From a virus: DNA of 64,000 nucleotides. The DNA lies in the IMG/VR virus record IMGVR_UViG_3300020579_000011, positions 6,522 through 70,521 of that record; one strand, given 5' to 3'. Below are positions 45,743-54,732 of this stretch, in pieces (position 1 is the stretch's first letter; the number at the start of each line of letters is the position of its first letter). The notes below the pieces were generated by a model that saw nothing but the letters and a program-made list of their open reading frames with translations, had not been told where the DNA came from and did not search any database. A program made the translations under genes and the position numbers.

Positions 45743-46005
45743 TTCTTCTTCTCGAAATAATAAATAATAATCAGATCGCCTGAGTGTGGAGGTGGAGGAA
45801 ATTGAAAATGACATTCCCGGATTAAATTACCTTCTTCATCAACTGAGCAGTCATTATCCACCAATACTGTATTGCCGTCGCTATCGGTCCACCAAATCAA
45901 CGGAGGGGGCGGTTGGTACGGTGGGATAACCGGCATGGAGCGCCAGATCATCCAAGAACCCCAGAAGATAAACAGGATTAATAAGACCATGAGAGGGAAT
46001 TTCAT
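45739..46005 (-). CDS. Membrane-anchored Pro-rich protein
   Basis: AAGGAG RBS; N-terminal TM. Confidence 0.55.
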   Translation of the reverse strand: MKFPLMVLLILFIFWGSWMIWRSMPVIPPYQPPPPLIWWTDSDGNTVLVDNDCSVDEEGNLIRECHFQFPPPPHSGDLIIIYYFEKKK

Positions 46006-46411
46006 AACTATCTCCTTACGGCAACGGAATTCCAAACACGATGCGCACAAATGCGTATGAAAGCGCAAAAAGTAGCAACGATGCGCACGTCACCTTGGCT
46101 AGACCGAGGGCTGCACGCTGGTTCAACGTCCATGTCATTGGAACCTCGCTCTCGCAAAACGTGCTTCCACGCCAGCCCAGATTTGCGAACACTTGCGCGT
46201 CGCAGCGTCTTGGAGTTCTTGACAATGACCGCAGAGTGCGACGCCCCACTTTCCGCAACCATAACAGATAGCTACTGGCGGATACGGCTCCTGCTCATGA
46301 CTGAACACGCGCAACTTTCGGCTGATCTCACGTAAGCGCTTCTGTATCCCATTACTCCACTCAGTAACGATTTCCTCTGGACGCTTCACGCGGATGATGC
46401 GGATCGGCATG

Positions 46412-46594
46412 TTACTTCGCCCTCGTAATCAGCTCAACGCGCGTCAATCCAAGTTGGCTTAAGAGTTCGTCGCTCGGAGTGCGCTGACCGCGTAAAATCA
46501 TGTAAAGCAAGGATTTGCTAACCTTTAGCTTCTTGGCTGCTTCGGGCACAGAGCCGAGTTTCTCAATCGCTCTTTCTATAGTGGGGTCGCACAT
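46412..46594 (-). CDS. Cro-like XRE HTH regulator (60 aa)
   Basis: GSVPEAAKKLKVSKSLLYMILRGQRTPS; first gene of the leftward arm. Confidence 0.85.
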   Translation of the reverse strand: MCDPTIERAIEKLGSVPEAAKKLKVSKSLLYMILRGQRTPSDELLSQLGLTRVELITRAK

Positions 46595-46602
46595 AGCACG
46601 CA

Positions 46603-46700
46603 AGTGTAGACTAAGAATAACGGATGTCAAGCAAAAAAGATGATGTGTGCACAAGATTGTGCTTGACACGTTTCCGGGATTATGCGAGTATCCGCTTATC
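46603..46700. promoter_or_regulatory. Divergent promoter switch with palindromic operator
   Basis: Leftward TTGACA (46630-46625)-16 bp-TACACT; rightward TTGACA (46663-46668); palindrome GCACAA-GA-TTGTGC at 46649-46662. Confidence 0.75.
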
Positions 46701-46714
46701 GGAGACAAAAGCCC

Positions 46715-47098
46715 ATGCCACTGGAACGGAGAAAGCGCATAACCGAGAGCGATATCGTGAATCGGGCCGTAGCAGCCGACATCGCGTGGTGGTCCCGCAT
46801 GAACCCACATTGCCCGACTTGCTGCGTAAAACTCGCGGACCTCCAAACAGGGGATAGCTTGTATCGGCACATGGTTGGCGACTGCGAAAAAGATTTGTTG
46901 ATCTTGGGCATCGACTGGGTTCGACAGGGCCGGAATGTTGACGCTCCACTGGCCGACGCCGCAGACCGCGAGGAAGTGAAAGTGAACAAAGGATATGTTG
47001 TGACCGGCAAAACAATGATGTGGATTGCCTTGGTCTTTCTCTCGCTGGCCGCGCTTGGTGGGTACAAGTTGGTTCAGTGGATTATGGAACGACGATGA
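46715..47098 (+). CDS. Hypothetical protein with C-terminal TM
   Basis: GGAG RBS; CPTC; hydrophobic tail. Confidence 0.6.
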   Translation: MPLERRKRITESDIVNRAVAADIAWWSRMNPHCPTCCVKLADLQTGDSLYRHMVGDCEKDLLILGIDWVRQGRNVDAPLADAADREEVKVNKGYVVTGKTMMWIALVFLSLAALGGYKLVQWIMERR

Positions 47099-47334
47099 TC
47101 GAAATGATTTGCACTCCATGCGGTCAACCAGTCGAGCCGAATACGTCTGCCATTGTTGGCGTTGAGCGCGAAGGGAAATTGTTCTGGCGTTGGGCTTGTG
47201 AGCACAATCCGTGCGGCGATGCCGCTGTGATTCTAGCTTCCTCTTCGTGCCGCGAGGAATGGCTCCGTGAACATCCAGAATATATCGAAGATATCGGAGA
47301 CCTGCTCACGCGGAGTCAACACGACCATGATTGA
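47095..47334 (+). CDS. Small Cys-rich protein
   Basis: ATGA coupling; CTPCG. Confidence 0.5.
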   Translation: MIEMICTPCGQPVEPNTSAIVGVEREGKLFWRWACEHNPCGDAAVILASSSCREEWLREHPEYIEDIGDLLTRSQHDHD

Positions 47335-47788
47335 CGCTGAACCCAAAAAGCCGCGCAAGAATAAGTCGCGGCCCGTACAGAGGAGTCTGGCGCACATGGA
47401 ACGCAACGGATGGATTAGCGCCATCGTTGAACGATGGATTCCTCCTCGCGGGAACATGAAGTTTGGCAGGCGCATTGACGTGTGGTCAATTGGTGATCTC
47501 CTCGTCTGCCGCCCACCGATGCTCGGTCATCCGGGAGTCACCGCGCTGGTGCAGTGCTGCTCAAGTGACATGGCCGCGCATCGGTGGAAAGTTTACTCGC
47601 AGAAAGAATTCTACACTTGGCGCGACGCGGGGAACAAAGTGTTCCTGCAGGGATGGTCATTGAAGGGACCGCGAGGAGAAAAGAAGCGGTGGACTCTTTC
47701 CGAGGAAGTGTTGAGCGAAGAGTCATTCATGACGAGCATGGGATACGCGCGGAGTTTCCTGGATTTTGGGGATGACGTCTGGAGATAA
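47327..47788 (+). CDS. PD-(D/E)xK nuclease / Holliday-junction resolvase-like
   Basis: RSLAHMERNGW..IVERW..DVWSIGDLL..ALVQC. Confidence 0.65.
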   Translation: MIDAEPKKPRKNKSRPVQRSLAHMERNGWISAIVERWIPPRGNMKFGRRIDVWSIGDLLVCRPPMLGHPGVTALVQCCSSDMAAHRWKVYSQKEFYTWRDAGNKVFLQGWSLKGPRGEKKRWTLSEEVLSEESFMTSMGYARSFLDFGDDVWR

Positions 47789-48082
47789 GCGATGGGCGAA
47801 TTCATCGATAGCATGTTTAGTGCGTTAGCGAGGGCGATTTGTTTTTTGGCTACCGCATGGTTTGTTGTTTTGCTTCTCGGCCACGCACCGAGGTCGTCGT
47901 ACATTGTGGTCGCAGGTATTGTTAGCGTGTCGGCTGCAATTGGTTTTGATAAAAGGAAATCATGACCGCCGAGCAGCGAGTTGAGCACTTGAAAGATATC
48001 CAGCAACTCGGCAACGACGACGCAATGCAGCGCGTGCTCGCCGCATATTGGCTTTGGATGTACGCGAAAAAGGAGGCAGTGA

Positions 48083-48883
48083 ATGGGAACGCAAATAGTG
48101 AAACTGGAAAGCAGTGAGTTCGCAACAGCTCTAGCTCGCTTGCAGGCTGACGCGCAGAATATCGCCGTAAGGACCGCAGACGATTGCTTGGCAGCCAAGA
48201 CGATGCAGCAACAGGTCCGCAGGTACATGAAGGATGTCCACGCAAAGCTCGACCCGTTCGTGCAGATGGCGAAGAACAATTACGATGACGCCAAAGCCGA
48301 GCGGGAAAAGTGGATTGGGCCTGGCGAGAAAGTTGACGAGACGCTGGCTCTCAAGGTGAAAGACTTTGAGCGAGCCGAACGCGAACGCGCCGAAGCTGAG
48401 GAACGTCGCATCAACGAGGAACGCCGACGCAAAGCAGCCGAGGAAGCCGCCAAGCAACGCAAACGAGATGAAGCTGCCGCTGCTGAGAGACGCAAGGAAG
48501 AAGAGAAGCGAATTGCCGAAGCACAGAAGGCTGGCGAGCTAAAGAAGCGCGAAGCCGAGAAGATGCGCCGGGAAGCCGAGGAACGCGAAAGGCAGCAACG
48601 CGAGCAGGCTGTGCGTGACGCCGAAGCAGTCAAGGCGACCGTACAGGATGTCAAGGTTGCGCCATCGATCCCGAAGGTTACTGGAGTACCGTCGCGCCGG
48701 AATTGGAAGTTCCGTATCGTGAATGAGAATGCTTTGATGGACGCCTTCCGCAGTTCAGGTGGCATGGGCCTGCGCGCTTTCGTTCAAATGAACCAAGACG
48801 AAGTTGGCCGGATGGTCCGCGCAACGAAGGACAAAGCCAAAGCGGAAGCATTCTGCCCCGGTATCGAAGTCTACGAGGATTGA
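48083..48883 (+). CDS. Charged coiled-coil protein of the recombination module
   Basis: AAGGAGG RBS; E/R/K helix; ends RRNWKFRI...PGIEVYED. Confidence 0.75.
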   Translation: MGTQIVKLESSEFATALARLQADAQNIAVRTADDCLAAKTMQQQVRRYMKDVHAKLDPFVQMAKNNYDDAKAEREKWIGPGEKVDETLALKVKDFERAERERAEAEERRINEERRRKAAEEAAKQRKRDEAAAAERRKEEEKRIAEAQKAGELKKREAEKMRREAEERERQQREQAVRDAEAVKATVQDVKVAPSIPKVTGVPSRRNWKFRIVNENALMDAFRSSGGMGLRAFVQMNQDEVGRMVRATKDKAKAEAFCPGIEVYED

Positions 48884-48916
48884 GTTTCTCTGTCCTTCCC
48901 CAAAGTTGGTCAGAGA

Positions 48917-49111
48917 AGGGCGCTGTTATCCGGTTGCGGTAAAGATGTAGCTCGTAGGGTACGCAGTGATAGGGTTGTTTGTTGACCTTGGGCGTGAGTC
49001 TCTTAAATGAGCGTATCTCGTCTGGCCGGACATGCGGCCATAGCGGGAGAAAACCCAAGTGAGAACAATCTGATCTCACCTCGACGTCACAATCCCTACT
49101 TTCAGCGCCCT
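48917..49111 (+). ncRNA. Candidate 195-nt multibranched structured RNA
   Basis: Closing stem AGGGCGCTG/CAGCGCCCT plus at least five nested helices; strand assumed from operon direction. Confidence 0.55.
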
Positions 49112-49127
49112 AAGATTCGAGGAGAAT

Positions 49128-49445
49128 ATGGAACGCACAACAATTAAATCGAGTTTAATCCGCGGCGTAGCTTACGACGCGGCGAGCAGCACGCTTGAGG
49201 TCGAATTCGTCCCAAGCAAAAAGCAATTGACCGACTGGAAGGCCGCGAAGAAAGAAGGCGAGGCACCTGGGCCAGTCTATCGGTATCTCGCAGTCGAGCA
49301 AGAGAAGTTTGTTGCTTTGACTGGCGAGAATGAGTACAAATCAGCCGGCAAGTATTTCCTTCGCGTCATCAAGCCGCATCACAAAGCCGAGAAAGTCGAG
49401 GAGACTCCCGTTGAAAAAGAAACCGAAGCGACGCCAGCCGAGTAA
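49128..49445 (+). CDS. KTSC-domain protein
   Basis: SSLIRGVAYD...LEVEF...YRYLAV...SAGKYF...IK. Confidence 0.85.
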   Translation: MERTTIKSSLIRGVAYDAASSTLEVEFVPSKKQLTDWKAAKKEGEAPGPVYRYLAVEQEKFVALTGENEYKSAGKYFLRVIKPHHKAEKVEETPVEKETEATPAE

Positions 49446-50904
49446 GCAGCACGGCAGTACCGCCATCGTCAAACGGAATGGCGAACTCCATGTTCCAAAG
49501 ATTCCCGACAAGGTAGAGCAGGCTTTGATCGGCGGGAATCTCATCAACCTCAGTTCCGAGGAGCGTGTGTCGCTCGTGATGGCGACGTGCAAATCTCTGC
49601 GACTGAATCCGCTCACGAATCCGTTCATCTTCATCCTAGTTCAAGATTGGGAGAACGATTCGGAGCGTTTGATTCTCTACGCCTCGCGGAACTGCACGGA
49701 CCAACTCCGCATGATTCACGGCGTTACCGAAGTGCAGCCGCTTGAACAGTGGGACGAAGATGAAATGTTGATGGCGCGAGCCTACCTGCGGGACCGGAGC
49801 GGACGGTGCGCCTCGGACATTGGAGCCATACCACGCAAGCGGTACTCCAAAAAAAAGGGAACGTGGTACGAACTCAGTGGCTCGATGCTTGCAAATGCCA
49901 AGATGCACGTCGGGACGAAGGCCACGCGCCGGGCCACACTCAAATTAGTTGGACTCGGCGGCGCCGTGATTGATGAATCCGAACTCGATACCATGAACGT
50001 GATCGGCGGGGTGACAAGAGAAGGCCGCATCTATCGGCACGAAGGAAGCGACGAAGTAGTTACGCCACGCGATGCAGCCCATCAAATCGCGGACGCTAAA
50101 ACTTCGGGAACTTGGTGCGAGAAGCATCGCTGTGACTTTAGTAAGTGCCCGTCCGATGACCACACGCCGAAAGAAAACGAAGAGATGGACAAGGCCGCAC
50201 AGAACGCCAAACCGAAACCTGCCAAGAAACCAGACCCTAAGCAGGGAGACTCAGCCGCCGATGTCCCCAAGGCCGCTACTGCTCCCGTGGCGAGCCAGCC
50301 AGCGCACAAGTACGAGTTGACGATTGACTGGAGCATGGACCGCAACGCGCCAGTGCTCACAGGCTATGTCAAGGAACTGGTCGTAGCGCTTGGTGACATC
50401 AAACTCGAATGGAAGAACGAATTTTGGCACGCGGCAGCTAAGGATATTCCAGCCATCATGCAGATTGCTGGACAAAAAGGCTTCTTGGTGAAAGAGATTC
50501 AACCGGGACAAGTTCCTCGTACCGATCAGCCGAAGTCAGCGCCATCGGTGCCAAGGAAAGAGGGAGGCGGGAGTCCTGGACCTTCCGCCTCCCCTGTGTT
50601 GGTGGTGGGTGTTATTGATCGTGTAACGGCACCGACAACTAGCAAGGGACAGCCAATGCGTCAAGTAACCATCCTTGTTGGTGGAAAAAAGCCAACATTT
50701 GGCTGCTTCCAGAAGGAACTATTCGATTACCTGGACAAAAGTAAGGGCGCAATCGAGGCATGGACAACGACAAGCGGGAAATATTTCAACTTGATTGGCC
50801 TAAAAAGTATTGTGACGCTCAAGGGCAAAATTGAGTTTGATGAAGACGGCAAAACTCCTTGTATTCAACGCGACCGAGATGCTGGAACACCTAAACTGTT
50901 TTAG
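49411..50904 (+). CDS. RecT/Red-beta-like ssDNA annealing protein with C-terminal extension
   Basis: TTG after GAGGAG; CKSLRLNPL...KATRRATL. Confidence 0.7.
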   Translation: MKKKPKRRQPSKQHGSTAIVKRNGELHVPKIPDKVEQALIGGNLINLSSEERVSLVMATCKSLRLNPLTNPFIFILVQDWENDSERLILYASRNCTDQLRMIHGVTEVQPLEQWDEDEMLMARAYLRDRSGRCASDIGAIPRKRYSKKKGTWYELSGSMLANAKMHVGTKATRRATLKLVGLGGAVIDESELDTMNVIGGVTREGRIYRHEGSDEVVTPRDAAHQIADAKTSGTWCEKHRCDFSKCPSDDHTPKENEEMDKAAQNAKPKPAKKPDPKQGDSAADVPKAATAPVASQPAHKYELTIDWSMDRNAPVLTGYVKELVVALGDIKLEWKNEFWHAAAKDIPAIMQIAGQKGFLVKEIQPGQVPRTDQPKSAPSVPRKEGGGSPGPSASPVLVVGVIDRVTAPTTSKGQPMRQVTILVGGKKPTFGCFQKELFDYLDKSKGAIEAWTTTSGKYFNLIGLKSIVTLKGKIEFDEDGKTPCIQRDRDAGTPKLF

Positions 50905-51446
50905 GAAGGGAAATTGAGTTGAGCAAATTCTCGATGCTTGATTTTCGCCGCTTTGTCGTAGGCACGTGCAGCCTTCTCTTTGGATTGAAAATAACCGAGA
51001 TGTTCTCCAATGCCTCCAATCGCAATTTGCGCTCGCCATTCACCGCGACGAGCCTCCCACGATACTCCCCTGAATCCGCTCGAATTTCTCTTTTGGATCC
51101 CGCGATTTATTACATTCCCAGAAAAATCGGCAGGCCGAAGATTACGCCTCCTATTGTCGAGCGTATCTCGATTTTTATGATCGCCTTGTTGGTCGCCTTC
51201 CAGTCCAAGGATAAGTCGGTGCATCTTACAATTTTTTGTCTTGCGATTTTCTCTTCCGCCTCCCAAATATACGGTCCTAGTTGCGTAAAAGGATTTTGTT
51301 TTTTGATCATACACAGCGCACCAGTTCCATTGCGACAGCCACTCAAAATCCTGCACATCAACGATGGCGTTTTGCCCTTGCGTCAATGGAATAAAGCGGT
51401 AGGATTCATCGAGCGGCTGAGTGACCGCGTGTCTCTTCACGCGCAT
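50901..51446 (-). CDS. HNH-AP2 free-standing homing endonuclease
   Basis: IPLTQG..IVD, MHRLIL, DHKNRDTLDNRRRNLR, SGFRGV, HLGYF, AARAYD. Confidence 0.92.
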   Translation of the reverse strand: MRVKRHAVTQPLDESYRFIPLTQGQNAIVDVQDFEWLSQWNWCAVYDQKTKSFYATRTVYLGGGRENRKTKNCKMHRLILGLEGDQQGDHKNRDTLDNRRRNLRPADFSGNVINRGIQKRNSSGFRGVSWEARRGEWRAQIAIGGIGEHLGYFQSKEKAARAYDKAAKIKHREFAQLNFPS

Positions 51447-51501
51447 CGGTCCTCCTTCAAAGGACCTTTGTTCTCAGCCGCTATCCTACCACGGTTTACT
51501 C

Positions 51502-51732
51502 ATGGTTGAGCCGACGAAGCTAGACGAATCCAAATTCATCCGGCGCTATATGTACGGATCGACGCAGCGCGAAGGATTCAGGGAACTTTGGAAGACCTGG
51601 GTAGACCGTTGGGGAGAATTGCAGGCCGCAGACGCTCTACTGGCTGGAATGTGTGACTTCGAGGCTCGCTATCAGGACTTGAGACGCACAGTGGCCGAGC
51701 GCCGGAAGAGGAAAAAGAATGCACGAGTTTAA
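51502..51732 (+). CDS. Hypothetical protein
   Basis: ORF overlapping the next start. Confidence 0.45.
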   Translation: MVEPTKLDESKFIRRYMYGSTQREGFRELWKTWVDRWGELQAADALLAGMCDFEARYQDLRRTVAERRKRKKNARV

Positions 51733-52144
51733 GCCCGACAAAGCCCGTACCGCGGCTGCTTACCACGCGGGCGTTTTGAAAGATCCGAAACAGCGCTCCT
51801 ATATTTCTAATACTGGCCACGTGTTTTTGTTCGGCCCAGACCTAGCAGAACAATGGGAAAGAATTTTTGAGTATCAGCAAGGCAAGTGCGCAGCCTGCGG
51901 ACTCCCACGCCAGCGAGACGAGCTCGACCTAGACCACGTGAAGGGAAATACAAAACTCACTCGCTGCGAATGCTACGGGCAGATGTTGAATGACGTGAAC
52001 GCGCCCGCGTGCTTCGGCGTGAGACTGATCTGTACCATGGATGTGCGGAAACCTGGCTACAAACCGGACGGCTGCCATTCACGAAAACATGGACGCGAGG
52101 TTCGCTCAGACAGAAAGGAACGCCGTGAACAGGGAAGAGTTTAA
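51719..52144 (+). CDS. HNH-like nuclease
   Basis: CAACG...LDLDH...C...CHSRKH. Confidence 0.7.
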   Translation: MHEFKPDKARTAAAYHAGVLKDPKQRSYISNTGHVFLFGPDLAEQWERIFEYQQGKCAACGLPRQRDELDLDHVKGNTKLTRCECYGQMLNDVNAPACFGVRLICTMDVRKPGYKPDGCHSRKHGREVRSDRKERREQGRV

Positions 52145-52299
52145 ATTGAAGTGGAAGATTGACCAGATTCTCGCCAAACAATATCGCTGGCGCGAGGAGG
52201 AAAGACCAACTCCATCAGAGTGGGCATTGCTACTAGCTTATATGGACGCTGGAATCTTGTATTGTAGGCATTTTATTTTCTACTGGCGGAGTCCCGCTT

Positions 52300-52500
52300 C
52301 TACGTTTTCCACTCCTGTGCCCGACTGTAAGCCTTTGCCTTATTTGGAAGGGGGAGTTAAAAAAAGTCCTAAACAAAGTGCCACATTTCTGGGGGGAACC
52401 TTGTGAATCCACAGGCTATCTGTGGACGGTTTGTTAAAATGTCTACAAGTCTTGTGTTATCAACGCCGAATTATGCACACTCGGTGGAAAATATTTCACA
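52300..52500. other. Putative replication origin (DnaA-box cluster)
   Basis: One perfect TTWTNCACA (52471) and several near-matches in AT-richer DNA. Confidence 0.55.
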
Positions 52501-52507
52501 AGACCTC

Positions 52508-52535
52508 TTGACGTAGTTTCAGAAGAAAGGACAAT
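52508..52535 (+). promoter_or_regulatory. Sigma70-like promoter (leaderless)
   Basis: TTGACG-16 bp-GACAAT, 6 nt before ATG 52542. Confidence 0.6.
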
Positions 52536-52541
52536 TCGACC

Positions 52542-52886
52542 ATGCACGACATAGCAATTCCACTCGACACAATCTTGGAGATGGTCAGCGGACTGTGCCC
52601 AAACTGCCAGAGCCAAGTGCGGAAGTATATCGCCGCGAATCAATTCGACAATCGGCACAGCATCGACGAGCGCATGAAACAGATCATGCAGCGAGTCTAC
52701 GATGAGACTGGCGTCACGATATTCGAGATGCGAGCCAAGGACAATCGCATGAGACTCGTAGAGGCGCGGCGCAAGGTTGCGGTCCTAGCGAGACAGCAAT
52801 CCATTTCCTATCCACGAATCGGTGCGGCGCTAAGTAAGCACCATACGACCATCATGCATTTAGTGGAGACTGCTCAAGGCAGATAA
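52542..52886 (+). CDS. DnaA domain-IV (Bac_DnaA_C)-like HTH protein
   Basis: LVEARRKVAVLAR...SYPRIGAAL.KHHTTIMH; N-terminal CPNC. Confidence 0.85.
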   Translation: MHDIAIPLDTILEMVSGLCPNCQSQVRKYIAANQFDNRHSIDERMKQIMQRVYDETGVTIFEMRAKDNRMRLVEARRKVAVLARQQSISYPRIGAALSKHHTTIMHLVETAQGR

Positions 52887-53099
52887 ATGAGACTCGGCAA
52901 ATCCTCCCTAACGCAAGACGAGATGCGCACCGAAGCCCAGGTCCACGTCGAGGCGCTCAAGTCGTGTACCGAAGCTATGGCACCCAACGAGAAGGCGATG
53001 GTCACCAAACTCGCGGGGAATTTCGAGAAGTATGGACCCAAGACCTTCATAAGCAGCAATCAATTGTTTTGGCTCAGGGACATACACGAACGATTCTGA
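52887..53099 (+). CDS. Hypothetical protein
   Basis: Coupled; ISSNQLFWLRDIHER. Confidence 0.6.
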   Translation: MRLGKSSLTQDEMRTEAQVHVEALKSCTEAMAPNEKAMVTKLAGNFEKYGPKTFISSNQLFWLRDIHERF

Positions 53100-53131
53100 A
53101 TGATCTTAGGCATCGCAATTGAGGAGGGCGC

Positions 53132-53341
53132 GTGACTTCCTACATTCCAAAGGTCGAGCGATGGAGAGACGAGTGCAAGGCTAAGATGGTCTTGGCTCAC
53201 GAAGGTACAACCTTGTACGACATGCTCGCTGGACATTTGAAGATGTACGAGGAGCTGCTGGAGTCCATGCGCAAGTGCCATGAGCCTGCCCAAAAGAGTT
53301 TGATGCCACAGGAGCCAAGAGAGCCAGGGTGCGAAGGATGA
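53132..53341 (+). CDS. Hypothetical protein
   Basis: GAGGAGG RBS. Confidence 0.55.
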   Translation: MTSYIPKVERWRDECKAKMVLAHEGTTLYDMLAGHLKMYEELLESMRKCHEPAQKSLMPQEPREPGCEG

Positions 53342-54732
53342 TTACGGACTACAACATTTTTCTAGAAACAAAATCGCAACTTGGCACTCTCTCAGGATTC
53401 AAACCGCACAAGGTTCCTGATTCCCTATTCGACTTTCAGAAATCGCTTGTTGAGTGGTCCTTGATGAAAGGTAAAGCGGCCATCTTTGCGGATTGCGGAC
53501 TCGGGAAAACACCGATGCAGTTGACTTGGGCCGATAACATTGTGCGAAAAGAAAACCGGTCTGTCCTTGTTCTCACTCCATTGGCTGTCTCTGCGCAAAC
53601 TGTTCGTGAGGGAGACAAGTTTCAGATCGAATGTAGGCAGTCGCGCGATGGGAAATTGCGCAAGGGCATCGTGGTCACGAACTATGAGCAGTTACACCAC
53701 TTTGACCCAAATGATTTTGTGGGTTGTGTCTGCGACGAATCCAGCATCCTTAAATCCTACGATGGCACACGCCGCGGCGAAATCACAGAGTTCATGCGCA
53801 AGATGCCATACCGCCTACTTTGCACCGCGACAGCCGCGCCGAATGATTACATCGAACTTGGAACATCCAGCGAGGCCCTCGGAGAACTCGGGCATGTGGA
53901 CATGCTCCAACGTTTTTTCAAGAACGACCAGAACACGGTCAAACCGATGGTCTATCGAAACAAAGGACAGAACTTCAAAGCCAACTATGAGCGGGCTAAA
54001 TGGCGTTTCAAGGGCCATGCGGAGCTACCTTTCTGGCGTTGGCTCTGTTCTTGGGCGCGCGCGATTAGAAAGCCTTCGGATCTTGGATTTGAGGACGGCG
54101 CATTTGTTCTTCCGCCGCTCATCGAATCGGAGCATTTGGTTGTCGCTGAGAAGTTAGCGCCTGGAATGCTTTTTGCCCTCCCTGCTATCGGCCTCAAGGA
54201 ACAGCGCGAAGAACGGCGCCGCACATTAAAGGAACGCTGTGAGAAATTGGCGGAACTATCAAACACTGGAAAGCAAAGTCTAATCTGGTGTCACCTGAAC
54301 GATGAAGGCGACCTACTTGAGAAGCTCATCCCAAACTCGGTCCAGATTAGTGGCAGTGATTCAGACGAAAAGAAAGAGGAAGCTTTTCTTGCCTTCGCGG
54401 ACGGCAAACTAGAGAACCTCATCACTAAACCAAAGATCGGTGCATGGGGTATGAACTTCCAAAGATGCTCGCATGTTCTTTCGTTCCCCTCACATTCTTT
54501 CGAGCAATATTACCAGGGCATCCGGCGTTGCTGGCGATTCGGGCAGACCAAACCAGTGCGCTTCGATTTGGTTTTCACGGAAGGAGAAAAAGACGTGCTT
54601 GTGAATCTACGGAGAAAGACGCAGGCCTGCGAGCGCATGTTCGCTAGTCTAGTGGCTGAGATGAATAACGCGCTCCATTTGTCAAGAGGCGACGAAAGAG
54701 CCGCGGAAGTGGTGGTCCCGAAATGGCTATGA
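53338..54732 (+). CDS. SF2/SNF2-like helicase
   Basis: DCGLGKT, CDESS, TATAAPN, GMNFQ, QGIRRCWRFGQ. Confidence 0.92.
   Translation: MITDYNIFLETKSQLGTLSGFKPHKVPDSLFDFQKSLVEWSLMKGKAAIFADCGLGKTPMQLTWADNIVRKENRSVLVLTPLAVSAQTVREGDKFQIECRQSRDGKLRKGIVVTNYEQLHHFDPNDFVGCVCDESSILKSYDGTRRGEITEFMRKMPYRLLCTATAAPNDYIELGTSSEALGELGHVDMLQRFFKNDQNTVKPMVYRNKGQNFKANYERAKWRFKGHAELPFWRWLCSWARAIRKPSDLGFEDGAFVLPPLIESEHLVVAEKLAPGMLFALPAIGLKEQREERRRTLKERCEKLAELSNTGKQSLIWCHLNDEGDLLEKLIPNSVQISGSDSDEKKEEAFLAFADGKLENLITKPKIGAWGMNFQRCSHVLSFPSHSFEQYYQGIRRCWRFGQTKPVRFDLVFTEGEKDVLVNLRRKTQACERMFASLVAEMNNALHLSRGDERAAEVVVPKWL

Noticed and set aside
46595-47119. N-terminal 175 aa of track ORF 46412-47119
   Set aside because: Overlaps the divergent promoters and a plus-strand gene; the real HTH starts at 46594.
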